A DNA stretch of 64,000 bases from Rhizophagus irregularis. Lineage: Eukaryota. The notes under the pieces were generated by a model. It saw only the letters and a list, made by a program, of their open reading frames with translations, did not search any database and was not told where the DNA came from. The position numbers and the translations under genes are program-made. The DNA is taken from NCBI RefSeq assembly GCF_026210795.1, contig NC_089431.1, positions 1,364,001 to 1,428,000 of the forward strand, read 5' to 3'. Shown here piece after piece: positions 38,870 to 53,068 of the stretch (its first letter is position 1; every line of letters starts with the position of its first letter).

Positions 38870-39562
38870 ATGTCTTCTTCTTCACAAGATGATAACAATA
38901 CATCCCAACAAACGATAGATGATATATACTCACATGACCCAGATTGTAAATATGACCATCCAATTCCTGATCCTAAATCTCTCGACCATATCATAGACTC
39001 CACAATAGATTCATATCCTTCTTCAATTACACGCGAATTCATTGAAAAAACAATTAATCAACCGTTACATGGTCTTCTAATCCCGTCTCACAAGTGTAAA
39101 TCGCCATACGCATTTCATCATCATTTAAGCGCTCGTACACTTTTTAAACGTGATTACATTAATCTAATACATAAAGAAATTTTATCACCTAAACCAAAAT
39201 TATCCGCTAACCCGATTGTTGCAAGTTGTACGAATATTTCTCCTTCTACTTCCATCTCTCGTCCTAATTCTGGTAGAAATTTGAATGGTTATTCTTCTAC
39301 TTCATCAACTAAAACCCTGGATCAAGAAATCAACATTTTAGCTTCTCTTTGGGGTGAATCATCTCAAGAGACGAAACAAGTATATGAAATACTTGAAAAA
39401 TGTAGTGAAAGGATTCACGAATACATGTTTAAAGCAAATAGAGTTGAAAAAGAAAAGGAGGAATCCGCTAGAAGGAAAATCTTCGAATCAACGTTACCTT
39501 CTCAATCATGGAATCATCATCAAGATACATCGACTTCTGATTCAAATATTCTTGATGATTAA
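38870..39562 (+). CDS. Unknown single-exon protein, 230 aa
   Basis: Open 693-nt frame with higher GC than its flanks, an A-rich context before the ATG and normal protein composition. No family recognised. Confidence 0.75.
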   Translation: MSSSSQDDNNTSQQTIDDIYSHDPDCKYDHPIPDPKSLDHIIDSTIDSYPSSITREFIEKTINQPLHGLLIPSHKCKSPYAFHHHLSARTLFKRDYINLIHKEILSPKPKLSANPIVASCTNISPSTSISRPNSGRNLNGYSSTSSTKTLDQEINILASLWGESSQETKQVYEILEKCSERIHEYMFKANRVEKEKEESARRKIFESTLPSQSWNHHQDTSTSDSNILDD

Positions 39563-42500
39563 TAATCGAAAAACGTTCAAAAAAGATGAAGAAAAAAGGA
39601 CTTTTTTTTTTCGTTTTATAATTTAATTCATTATAGTAGTATATATATAATATACTAAATAAATAAAATAAGTCATCTTACCATTATAAATACTAAAATA
39701 GAGACATAAGTTTTTTTTTCCCCTAAGTCAAAAAAAAAAAATTTTTTAAAAATAACAAAAATAACAGAACAGTACATCAATAGATCTTTTTTTATATTTA
39801 TATAAAAAAGGGTTTTTCTTTTTTCTACGAAATTATTATTCCTTGATTTATAATTTTTCTTTTAAGAAAGAAAGAAAAAAAAAAAAGTATTAGCAATAAT
39901 AACAATTCAAAAAAAAAATAATTACTTTGCGTTATTCATATGTTAGAATCAACATTCTTCGGTTTTAAGATGTCGAATAAACATAAAAAAACATACCTTA
40001 TGAAATAAAAATTTTAAACCTTGATAAATTTTTTTTGTATAGTTTTATTCTACAATGTCGTTCATATAAGGTCGTTACAGATTTTCGGTTAAAAAAAAAA
40101 AAAAATTTTTTTGTAAGGAAGAACCAAATAATTTTAGTTTCGGGTTTACTTTAAATTGCCAAACCAATAATGTAAAAAGTTGATTGAATATCACATACGT
40201 AAACATACGTAACATGGCAAATTGCGTAAGTTACATCTTCATTTAGTAAAAAAAAAGGAATATAATTTACAATCAAATCAAAAGATTTTGCATACAAAAT
40301 CAAAAGTAAAAAAGAAAGCCCTTTAATATCTATAAATCTAATTATAGAATTAACCTTATGAGAAATCTGCAATATCCTTGCAATTTTTGGGGCATGATTT
40401 TGAAATCTTTCGAGAAAAATCTGTAAAAAACTGATGTTATATAAATTATTTATTTTATTTATAAAGGCAGGTTCATACTTTCCTATCTAATAAGCTCAAA
40501 GATTAAATTCTTTTGAATTCTATAATTTTTTACATTAAATTAAATAACTTTTTTTAGTCTTCTTTAGTTTCTTTGACCAAATTATCAAAAACTTTTGTCA
40601 ATTCGGATATTAGATTTTCTCGTGGATTGGCTCCCAATACATGTTACATTTCTTGCCCGATTTGGACATAATCGTGTGCTTTTTGTCAAACCAAAATAGT
40701 TTTACATTTTTGTCGTAATCTTGCATGAATAACTTACCAATATGTGTAATGTGTGTAATTTTACATCATGACGTGTTTAATATGAATTCAGTAATAGATT
40801 TATGGCTATTGGATAAAGCGGGTTACCTTGTTTTAAGTTTACGGAGTCAACCTTATATGCATAAAGGATTCAATTTCGGAGGTTCAATAGACAATGTTAA
40901 ATTACACACAATATTCATATGACGTAAATTTATTCATTTTAAAAAGAGACATGTGTAAAAGTTATGTGTAAATCCAACAAATCTCATGGATACAATGAAA
41001 GGAATAAAATGAAAGAGTTTGTAACACCAAAATTAAACATTAATATCCTTTGAATAAATATACCTTGAATATCTGGGTAATTTCCTTAAATTTTAGATTG
41101 GTATAACATTCAATTGAGCAATCTGTTTTGTTATGTAACAATATAAATCATCATCTTATTTTGTTCTTTATTGTTCATATTTTTTTTAACTTTAATTACT
41201 TAAATGGATAATATCAATGAATGATTTTTTGTTAAAAAGTTATTATAACATCCTTAATAGGTTAATAATTGAAGTATTATTTCATTATATCCTTTTATGA
41301 TTTGTGATTTACAATGAAATAAATTTTTGTTACAAATAATGTACTATGACGTGATTCAACTGATTCATACAAGTTGCATCCGTCCGTCCGAATAGTCTTT
41401 CCCAGTTCTCACAGTTCTTTCACGTAAAAATATTTTTTTTATTCAAATAAAAATCTTTTAGTAAATATCTGTTAGTTAAATAATTAGATGTTACGCGAAT
41501 AAAGATGTAGTAAAGTTTTAAACAGGGTTACAAAAGATATCACAGTACCTAAAAATGACCTGTGTCCTCATTAATATGTATGTATTGTTACAATATATGC
41601 TGGTCAAGTCGTCAAGGATAGTAACACGAGAATGAGGCTGGTGGGTTGGACAGCCGTCATGATGTTTGTATTGCATATGTTTAATAGAAACTATTTTTAA
41701 TAGTTAATTAGAATATTCTCTTTAATTAAATAATTTTCTTTTTTTTTTTGAAAAATACGGAGATAAAACGTAGATAATAAATATCCCTTGTATACTGTTA
41801 ACACAATACCGAAAAATTCCGATTTCGCTCATCTTTTTCAAGTATTAAACATATTAAACATCCTCTATTTCCTCTATCTCTATCTATCTCATATAGCATA
41901 TGTTTAAATGCCCCTTTATGGTTTCTATGCAAGTACAACATAAACATTCCGATTTTCCGTATTTTTCCGAACAATTTACTAAGTTTCATTTAACCCGTTT
42001 AATTCAAACCCCTCAAATATTCTTTCTAAATTGATTAAATTCATAATAAACAAATATGGTAATATACCCCTAAGCCAGAAATCAATTACACAAAGAAAAT
42101 AATTTACGGGTTAAAATGGATTAAAATGGGTAAATAGTTAATATGGTTATATAGTTCATTAAATAGTTCATTTTTTACATTTTTTTCAAAAATTTTTATG
42201 ATACTACTTTTTTATTTATTACGTTATTGTAAAGAAAAATTAATTCGTAAATATAATAATTAATAATGTTAAAGTAATATATTCGTGTTTAAAACGGTGA
42301 AATGCTTGGAATTCATTGATAGAATATATCCTATATATCGGATTAACATCATAAAAGGTAATAAAATATATTAAAAATGAGTCAATTTACTCTGTTCAAA
42401 TAATATCTTGTCGATTTTTCTTTATCAACACGCTTTTTAAAATTTTACGATAATAACCTTACTTACTTAGCTTATATCTTAATTCTGATTTAGCTAATTT

Positions 42501-45500
42501 GAAAAGGATTACATAGATTACATAGATTACATAGAAAGTACTAGTTTATTTAAAAAAAAATACGTATGTATTTGATTATATTGATTATATTTCATCGTCA
42601 AGAATAACATCGCCAAGAATAACATATTATCATCATCTTGTCATTAAACAAGATGGTATAGGATATCATGAGTTATATGGTAAGAGATCTAATGTTATAA
42701 TAAGTAAATCTATGAGATTTTCTACTTATTTATAAATTATCTTATTTCCTTTTAGAAAGTTTTTCAAGATGAAGCATTAAAATTCATTAGAAATTTAACA
42801 TAATTATTATAATTATTGATAATTTTCTAATTTTTCCTTTAGGAAGAGTTTGATCATATCTTCAAATATTATATTTCCCAAAATTATTTTATAGATGTTT
42901 ATTTAATATTAGTAACTATAGTGACAAAACATTATATACAGTACTTTATCGAAAACCTTTATTTTCACGTTCGCCGATCCTTGTTGATCACTTCATTGTT
43001 GTTAGATTTGCAGATCATTGTCGATCACTAATGTGTATTGCCATATTGGATTACATGATTACATGCAAATCTAATAATATAATTTTAGTTTTTTTCTTCA
43101 AAGTCAACTACTTAGGAACGTATTAATTATTTATGTTGAGGAGTTATTTTTAATCTTCAGTTTTGGAAGTAACAATTGAGGTAGGTATTGACTGGTTTCA
43201 TTAACAATATTACGTGAGATATTTTCTTTAAAGTTTGATCCTGGTATATGGGTATAATTGGATAGTACTTAGGTCTAAGAAATTTTCAGAATTCTTTAAC
43301 CACTTGCAACTTTGTCATACTTTCGTAGTTGTCAATAATCTGTAAGGCAACAATTCGACTTTTATAAAAATTGTCTTCCAAAAGAGAAATAATGTACTGT
43401 ATATTACGCACAGAATGTAGGTAAGAACATTTCTATATTGATATTGGGGAAATCATTTTCAGAACTTGAGAATTTGCTGAACGACGAGAATATGCGGTAT
43501 ACGCAGGAAAACAGTTTATCGACATGATTATGTACGAATTCTATCATCACGCTTGAATCAACTGTTAGATATACAGTAGGTTGGTGGAATATGGGTGGTA
43601 GAATATTACTGGACAATCTTTCCAAGAAAATATACTTTTGCATTACACACAGATATTATTGCAAGTACGATCTTTAACTACCTTTTATTGAAAATGCTTT
43701 TGATATTATTTACCCATGTACTTACTTACTTTATTGGTCCATATACTTTACCGGTTTACCAGTTTTGTAGAAAAGACCTTCAATGAAGTGAAGTATCGTT
43801 CTAAAAAAGACAAACAACAGTGTATATTACTGTAGAGTTGATAATTTCGTCTAAACACATACTATATGCTTTATTGGTCCAATTTCATATAAAATATTAG
43901 CCTTTACCAAAGCTGTAAGTGAATTAATTCAAAATATTGCTTATAATTTATTGATAAGAATTCGGGTACGACATTTTAGATGAACAATTTACCTGCATCA
44001 ACAAGTAGTTGGACTGAATTATTTTTGGCTATGACGGAAATATGCATTATTTACTACTGGTATTTGTATTTTACGAATTATTTTCGATAATTAATTTTTA
44101 TGATTTAATGAATTTTTTTTTTTTGAAAAGATTTATTTTGTAACAAAGAAAAAGGATGCAAATACTAAAAAAGTAATAAAATTTATTTATTATCATGAGA
44201 TTTATTATTTGATTTTCACGACATTTTATAATTTTATAATTTTAATATTATAGTATTATAGTATTTAAGATTTGATATAATTCTTTAGCAGTTGGTCTAT
44301 TTTCTGTTTTATCATCCCAACATTTAATTATCAAGTCTGCAAGTAATTCTGGTGTGTCTAATAAATAAAGAATATTAATATCAAGAATTTTTTGTTATAC
44401 TTGTATATAAAAAATTCCTTATAGAATATACGCCCATCAAACGACAAGTATATCAAGTATATGAAATACTAGTAATTATTAGCAAAAGATCGTTCTATTA
44501 TTTGTTATTTTCTAAGAGAATGTGTTTTTTAGTGCCGTATTTGACGTGCCGTATTTGACTAAACAATTTATTAGCATGCTATGATAATAATAATATTAAA
44601 AAGTTCGTAAATTCAACAATTTTGTTATTTCTTTTATTTCTTGCAATGATTCATAAAAAAATCCAGAAAAAGCTTAACATTCAAAACATAACTGACAAGG
44701 TAAGATTTAAGTCTATTCGATCACTAACCTGATCATTTCGTTGAACTTGCCTGAATTCTTGTTGAATTAAAATTAATTGATTTTTTCTATTCATAAAAAT
44801 ATATATAATGTTTAATAGATTTCAAAAATTGCGGTAATGCATGACGATCATCAAAACAGAAAACACGACAAAACACAAACCGCAAATGATTGGCAATCAT
44901 GTGATATATAACCAACCAAAGTGCATAAAAATGCATAATCGAAAAATCGAAAAAACGCGTTTGAATTTTATTATTAAGAATTTTTGGAAAAATATATAAT
45001 AAAAAATTTAAAAACTGAAAAATTAAACATAATAATAATCCGTATAAATAAAATCTAAAAATAATAGGAAAAAATATTAATTTGAATATTATAATTATTT
45101 TCATAATAAATAAATAATTGTAAAATATGATATATATATATGTAAATTTCTATATAAAAATATGATGTTTAAAATGTTAAAATAAAATTATATTATTGAA
45201 GGTATATGAATAAAGTAAATAAAATCTATAAAAAAAAAAAATTTTTTAAATCATCTAAATTATTTAAAAGTTAAAACATAATTTTTCATAAGTTTTGTTT
45301 GATCTAATAATTAATTTATTGTCATACAGTTTACAGTATCTCTAACGCTAATAGAAAATGTAATTATTAATTATTAAACAATTTTTTTTAAAAAAAAGAG
45401 CACAACTAACAAAATAAATAAAACTCATAAATAGGACTCATAATTATACATACAATACTCATACAATAGCACCTCCTATCACCAAACTATTTGATCTCAT

Positions 45501-47805
45501 AAAATTATTTTTTTGTTTCTAATATTAGAAATCACAAAAAATTATTATTATTAAGAACTTGCCTTTAACCATCAATTTTTTTAGAGAAATATGCAATAAA
45601 CATTTCTAAATATTCATTATATCACTTATAGGACAACTTTCATTATAAAAACTTTACTGTGATTCCTATTTTTTTTTCCCAGTATGATTTTATCGTGATT
45701 TACTGATTTACTGTGAATCTCAATGTGATTTAAACTTTTAAAGGATATAATACCAGGTTTTTCGTTATAAAAACTTTATATACTTATAAAATATGTTCAA
45801 TAAAGCGTAAATATCAAAAAGTAATTGACAAAAATATTAAAAACTAAAATTTTTATTGTAAGGAACGAACTTGATGTGGCTTAGATAAAAAAATTGATCG
45901 ATACATGATCGGCATCAAGGACACCAACGACACAACTGTGCCTAGCTCTCGAAGAATTTGAAGTAATAAACACTTGTTAAAACTTGATGGTCAACTTCAA
46001 CATTGTCATTTTAATATGAAATCGCCAGTTTTATATCCACAATAAACAAATCAAATCAAATCAAATCAAGACGGGTATAAAAATCAAAAATTTCTCGTCA
46101 CTGCGCTCAAAGAATAAGTAAAAGTAGCACACGCGTTGAAATTACAAATTACAGTATAAAGACTAATAAAATTACCTTAAAGATAATACTATCTACATTA
46201 ATATATAGATGGCTTAGGTAAATTAGGTAAATGGTATAGAAAAATTCTTACTATACCCTCTACACAAATGCTTATAAATTGGGAGAATTTGTAATAATAA
46301 ACATGCATTTTATGATAAATATGTATAATAATTTATGAGTTCTTAAAATTTTGTCTATATAACTGATAAAAGATATAAAATTGCTGGTATATCTGGAATA
46401 TCTTTAAATTTTAATTAATGAAATTATTACATGCTATATGTAGATCATTTTAATTTTATGACGATTTTAATGATCACTGATTCAATATTATTATTTATTT
46501 TTCTCAAATTGTATAATCAAAATCTAATGTTGATTTTACCATAATCGTTCTTATTTATAATTTCCTATTTATAATCATTATTTATTTTGCACTCATTTAT
46601 TTTGCAACTCACGATCATCATGATTGCCACTTCACGATCATGACAGTATTATGACATCAGATATTACGCAATTTCAAACTTTTATTGAGATAAGTGAAAT
46701 AAGTGACATGAAGAAGAATTAGGGACATGAATTATCGGCTTATTTTAAAGTGATATTTTGAAAAAATAGATAAGTGACAAAAAATTTTCAGACATGGAAT
46801 TTTCATGGAATCCATAAAAATTCCATGGAATTCGACAAAAAAATATACGATGAAGAATAAAGTATTATAAAAACAAGTTACACAATATAAATTAATAAGT
46901 TTTTCAAAAATTTCGAATTTTGTGATTTATAGGTGACAACCATCATATAGTTAAATAAGCATACTAGGTCAGAATATTTCAAATTTAAAACTATAATTCA
47001 ATTTTTCGGTAATAATCAAAAAAAGCAATTTCGGGTCATCTAACATGCTACCAGTATTAACATAAAATCCAAGATTGTGCTCCAGTAATTTGGTTGGTAT
47101 CATGTAAAATTAGGTAACATTAATCACCGAAGGAAACCAGGCGTAATAATGAGATCGGCACTGATCGTACGATCGTACAGACCTTATCTCTGATCCTTTT
47201 GATCCTTCAGCAACCTATCGGACTTGCTATTCATACATTTGATATTACTCAGCAAATTATTTCGGACTAATTGAAAAAATAAAGATGCAAAGCGTAAAAA
47301 AATCACGTGAAATAATAATAACAATACCCGAAATAAATATAGTTTGGATCAAGCTAGTGTCCTTTTAAAGTTCAAGATACCGGATATTCCGATATATAAA
47401 AGTTCCAATAATTAAAAATAGTTACAAGAGCACACAACAATCAAACAATTCAGAGACCACATATTAATGAGTGGGACGAAATTCTTCTAAGCTTCCTAAT
47501 CTTTCTTTAATAAAGTGTCGAATAAAAAGATTAAGATAATCAAAATTTTAGATTCAAAAAGGAGTTAGATGGTGGCTTTTCATCATGTTAACCTATTAAA
47601 TATTATAACGAGATTTCGAAAATGTGCAAAATGTGCCCAAATTATTAATTATTCCAATAAATTTTTTTTTTTTAATTTTTAATAAATTTTTAATTCCCAA
47701 GATTATAATAATAATAAAATTAATAATAATTTTAATTCACAGGATTATAATAAACCGAAAGGAAAAATTTTCTGAAACGAAAATTTTTAAAAAAAAGAAT
47801 AAACA

Positions 47806-47841
<36 letters not shown>

Positions 47842-49975
47842 TATTATTTTTTTTTAAAAAAAAAAAAAAAATGCCGAATATTAATGTCCCATTTTATAAT
47901 TTTGATGAATGTAATATCAGATATTATATTATTAATTATGTATTAAATAATTTAATTTTGTGTGAAAAAAAAAAAGATATTTAGGTTAATTGTAATATAT
48001 TAAAAATATATTAAATTTATTAAAATTTAAAAAACTTTTTATATTTTTTGGTAATAACCGTCAATCTGGCGTCACATAATCAAATGATTTGTTTTGATAT
48101 TAGTATTAATTTTATAAATTTTTTATGTTTAGAAAAGTTTAGAAAAAAAATAATGTGAATTGGATCGGCACGATAGAAAAAAAATTGGTGACAGATCAAC
48201 ATTTTAAAGTTTATAATTATTTGAATATAATAAACCCTTCGGATAAATGTTATTTAAAGTTCATTATAAAAATTTTTTTATACTTATTTGTTGATAATTT
48301 GTACAATAAAATAAAATATAAAATTCTCACACCCTTTTACACTGTCTTTTTGATTCATATTTAACGGAAAATTTCTGTGACAAACAATAATAAATAAATA
48401 AACAAATTTCCTTTGGAAGCAGACAGGATACCTTTCAAATATATCCTAGAAATGTTACAAACATAGAACTGGATTTTTTGTGTTCGAACTTTTAAGCACT
48501 AAGAGGTTAGGAATTCGAATAAGAATAACGAGGATAATATGATATCTTACACTTTCTTTAAATAAAAATATAAGACGCGAAAATAAATGAAAAAAATTTC
48601 GGAATATTAACTTGTCAATTTTATGGTTTGTTTCACAAATTATTAATTTGACCAATTGATTCGGAATATGCTTTAATTGGTTCATATAATTATTTTCATT
48701 CGAATGAAGAATTTGGAATTATGACGGATATAAATATTTGGTAATTGGTCAAACAATAGATAATAAGATAAATTGATCTGATGTGAAGATAGTGGGAATT
48801 TTTTTAGTGAGAAATAATAAATAAAAATGCAATGTTATACACATTTTTTTATGAATTCTAATGTTTTAGTTTTATTATTGGACAAATTTCACGTGCATTA
48901 TAATAATTTATTTATTATTCGGTTTACCCGATTTTAATAAATAAGCCTATTTACCATAAAAGTAATTGTGGTTGTATTTTCTTGGCGTCAAATTAATCGA
49001 CCGAATACATACACATATATCGAAAGAGCAAATTACGAATTTTTGATTAAGGAAAATCTTTGGATGCAAAAAAGTTAATAAAAATGTTATTTAAAATTGT
49101 CAAGAAAAGAATAATGAGGAATGGTAGGACTTTTTTTTGATTTTTTTAAGAAAAAAAACAAATCTGTTTCTCTCCGTTTCCATTTGTATTTGTAATATTT
49201 GTATTATTTTCATTGATGATCATCAATAATAGTAATAAATAATGTATTATTTTTTATAATTTATGTAATTACATAATAATAGCTTATTAGGTTGATATTA
49301 AAATTTCATCACACTCACCAATTAAGAAATGATTTGTGAAAACCTTTCTAACTGTCAATAGTAAATTGTGCAATAACAGATTTGATTCGGAATATTTGTT
49401 CTATATTCTATCTGTCCCATCTAAACCTTCGTCTTTTAACGTTTAGATATAAAATAAACAAATATTAACTAATGTAATGGAAAAAGCATTTTGTAGCACG
49501 TTATTATATTATGAAACATTTAACTGAGAATTTTACCGTACATGAGGTAAAATAGGTAAATATTAACACAAAGAGACGGATAAAAAAAAAAATTTTTTTA
49601 AATATAAAAAAACTCGAAAACGAATATCATTATGGTTATTTTTTTTTTATGTTTTTAATTTTAATTAATTTTGACATATCTTTTTGTCATCTCTCAACGA
49701 CATACCCCCTTTCAACTGACTATTGAAGTCGATCTTTTTTTGTTATAAATAATTTATTCCCTCCCAAAAATCTTTCCCTATCTTTTTCTTTGTTATTATT
49801 CTTTTTTTTTTTTTCTAGAAGAAAAAAAAAAAGAAAAAAAAAGCAAGAAAAGATAAATTGACTTTTATCATCACCCCGTAGTTTAATATTCCAAGAGTAT
49901 CGATTAATAATAATAATTCGAAATAAAATCTATGTTAATAAATTCGATAATTTAATTATTATAAAAAAAAATTCG

Positions 49976-51293
49976 ATGGGACATAGACCCTCTAAAATAT
50001 CTAAATTATCTAAATTATCATCAAAATTAAAAAAAAAACCAAGTATGAATAATTCTTCTTCAAGAGATAATAATACTTCTAATTCTTTATCAGGATTTGA
50101 GAATTTTAATGAACCTATATTTAAATTTGAAAATGGAAGAAGATATATTAATAACGATTCGATTCAATATCTTTTACCAAATGATGATGATGAAAGTATG
50201 TGAACAAAAAAAAAAGAAATTAATCAATTTCTTTAAAATATGAAATTAATTATGAATTGCTTTACTAGTTGATCGATTACAGATGCAACATTATCTGCTT
50301 CGATATATATGGCAAAGTAATTTTTCCGCTCCTGTTAAGGAAATTCTTAGATGTGGCGCAAAAGTTTTAGACGTAGGGTATGTTGATCTCGATCGAGTTG
50401 TACCACGATTTATTTTAACAAACTAATTTTTTTTTTATTTTTTTTTACAATTTCAGTTGTGGTCCAGCAACATGGACTCTTGAAATGGCTTCAGATTACC
50501 CTCGTTCCCATTTCATAGGAATTGATATTGCTCCAATTTTCCCTTCGGAAATAAAACCTATCAATACGGAATTTCAAATACAAAATGTTACTCATCGTTT
50601 ACCTTTTGATGATAATTCATTTGATTATATACATATGAGATTAATGTTGGCAGTCTTAAAAGAAGAGGAATGGAAAAGTGTCGTATTACCTGAATTATTT
50701 AGAATATTAAAACCTGGTGGTTACATTGAATCACATGAATTCGATTTTCGTATTGTTAATCAAGGTCCTTGTATGAAGATATTGGTGGAAGGATGTAAGG
50801 TTTGGATTTTATTTCAATCAAAATCAATGAAAAAAAATATTAATTATTTTTTTTAAAAAAAATATTTTCTTAGTTATTCAATTCTGTAAAACAAAAAACA
50901 TGAATCCTATTGTATGCCCACTTATTCCAGGATATTTACAAGAAAATGGTTTTGTTGATATCGATACTTTGAAAAATTCCGGTCATTATGGTTCTTCAGC
51001 TGGTAGATTTGGAAAATTAGTAAGTCAATTTAATTATAATTTTCAAAAAATTTTCAAAGAATTCTTTTTTTTTTTCTAAATAATTTTTTAAATGAAATAA
51101 TTTTTAATTACAGGCTCTTGAAGATTTTATTTTGGTTTTTGATGCATTAAAAACTCCAATCTCTTCAATTCTTGAAATTAATAATGAAGAATATCAAAAT
51201 TTATTGGATAAACTTCAAGAAGAAGTTGATACTAATGATACTTTTTATGAAGTTTACAAGTTTATTGGAAAAAAGTTTATTCCAGAAAATTAA
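49976..51293 (+). CDS. Class I SAM-dependent methyltransferase (LaeA-like), ~330 aa. Exons 49976-50195, 50269-50377, 50457-50794, 50874-51019, 51114-51293
   Basis: 993 nt in frame. FENGRRY...YLLPNDDDEIDRLQMQHY, NFSAPV, VLDVGCGPATW, FIGIDI, LPFDDNSFDYIHMR, RILKPGGYIE. Confidence 0.93.
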
Positions 51294-51453
51294 ATAAACT
51301 AAATTTAAGTTAGTTATTTTATGTTAATTATAAATTTTTACATTAAGTTTTTAAAATAACATTATGTATTAAGAAATACGTTATAATAATTTTATAAGAT
51401 TAATTTTTAATAAATAATAAGAAATTAATTAATTAATATAAAATTCTTCTTGT

Positions 51454-51816
51454 GGGATCACCGAAAATTCGTCTCATCGAAAAATCAACTTACGACAAGT
51501 TTTAAGTTATAAAAAGATTTATTTGTATTTTTTATTACTCAATATTATGATGTTTCATAATATAATTAATCACTTGTACAAATATTTAATAATACTGTTT
51601 ATAAATACTAGCAAATGCTTTAAAATATATTTTATAACAAATACTTGATGTATGTAACATAATTATAATATGGGTAATTATTAAAATTAGTTATAAAGAA
51701 TCTTAAATATTAAAAAATCTTGACATGATATTAAGACGGTGAAATGATTTTCGGTGAACTCAAAGTTGGTTGTCAGTGTCTCAGTGAAATAATTGTCAGT
51801 AAAATAAACTGATCCC
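51454..51816. mobile_element. 363-bp non-autonomous DNA transposon with an 8-bp TSD
   Basis: GGGATCA ... TGATCCC termini. Exact CTTCTTGT occurs on both sides (51446-51453, 51817-51824). Subterminal CCGA/TCGG-type repeats are inverted between the ends. Confidence 0.82.
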
Positions 51817-52284
51817 CTTCTTGTCCCTGGTAAAGACTTTATGAATTACGGATTAATTTTGATCTTCAAAACAAATTGAAACATCCATTCTAAGCGATGT
51901 TCAAATCGATGATTATGTAGTGATTTCTATATGTTTATCCATCATTGAATAAAAGACTATGTCCATACTACATATTGTATACTATTGCGATTTGCAGTAA
52001 CGATCTGAAGTTTCACTATTTTTTAAGCGATGAACTTCATCCACCGCCTATTACTGCTAATGAATTCGTATGTCGATCTTACTTATATCAGCTGTATCAG
52101 CTGTATGTAATTATGCATCAATAACTTGTAATAACCACCAGTTCAGTTTAAATTGATGAACTATATATAATTCGTTTCGTTTAAACTGCTGAAAATGATT
52201 CTGTTTGAACTGCAATTCAACAGTTCAGTTGAAGGACCGTTCAAACCACGGGTTAAAAAATTAGGCAGCTATGCGATTATACAT

Positions 52285-53068
52285 TTTGATATTCAAAATA
52301 CTGATAATAAGATCTGATAATAAGATAACACTCATGATCCGGACAAATCAAACCCCAGAAAGTTCAAAATCCTGAACCTCCTTTATTCCCAACACATAAT
52401 GACGCTTATTACAGTATATTAAAAAAACAATTCTTATGTAATTAATAAACTCATAAATCCATAATAAAAATTTCAAACCAATTAAATTATCGTATAATAT
52501 TGACTAAAAGACTCCCCCTCTCGGCGTACCCCCTACTATATAAATACCCGTCCAAATATGTGGATCTATTTCCTCAAAATCATCATAATTTAAATTTTTC
52601 ATATACTAAATCCTTCTAGTACTGACAGGATGGAAGTATATACCCGGGTACTAATCAACGTTTTAAACCGGGTAAATTGACAGTACTATAAAAATGCATG
52701 AAAATTTGTGATTATAAAATTTTAATATAATAAACTTCATAAATATAGTTAATTATCAGGATAATGAGTATCAGGATTTTGGACTTTTAGGATTATGATT
52801 TGTTATATATGTTGTGCCTCAGATTGATTCTTGCCTCAAATTAAAACTACCAAATGGATGTGACGAATTATGTATATACACGTGATGATCTACATAGTAA
52901 AATTACCATATATGTAATGCACGTGATCTGGTGTTGATCTCACGCAGCGTGAGTTTTAATCTGAGGCAAGAATCAATCTGAGGCACAACATATATATATA
53001 TGTCAGGATCATGAGTGTTGGGTTGTGTTAACGGGATTCTTATCGTCAGGATTTCGTAGTAAATCCGT
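52285..53068. mobile_element. Older long-TIR element hosting a nested insertion
   Basis: The left arm (AAATACTGATAATAAGATC...AACACTCATGATCCGGACAAATC...AAAGTTCAAAATCCTGA) is mirrored by the right arm (TCAGGATTTTGGACTTT...GATTTGT//CAGGATCATGAGTGTT...GATTCTTATCGTCAGGATTT). The boundaries are approximate. Confidence 0.7.
52810..52990. mobile_element. 181-bp MITE, TGT...ACA termini, 39-bp TIR, flanked by (TA)n
   Basis: TGTTGTGCCTCAGATTGATTCTTGCCTCAAATTAAAACT matches the right end at 38/39. (TA)3 lies on the left and (TA)5 on the right. Confidence 0.9.

Noticed and set aside
42950..44060. Slightly GC-richer stretch with short ORFs (43404-43643, 43595-43786)
   Set aside because: It looks like eroded coding sequence, but there are stops in all frames and no recognisable motif.
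24700..48700. Many 60-130-aa ORFs rich in F, I, L, K, Y and N
   Set aside because: Composition reflects AT-rich low-complexity DNA or antisense overlap with real genes. They have no motifs or coherent splice structure.
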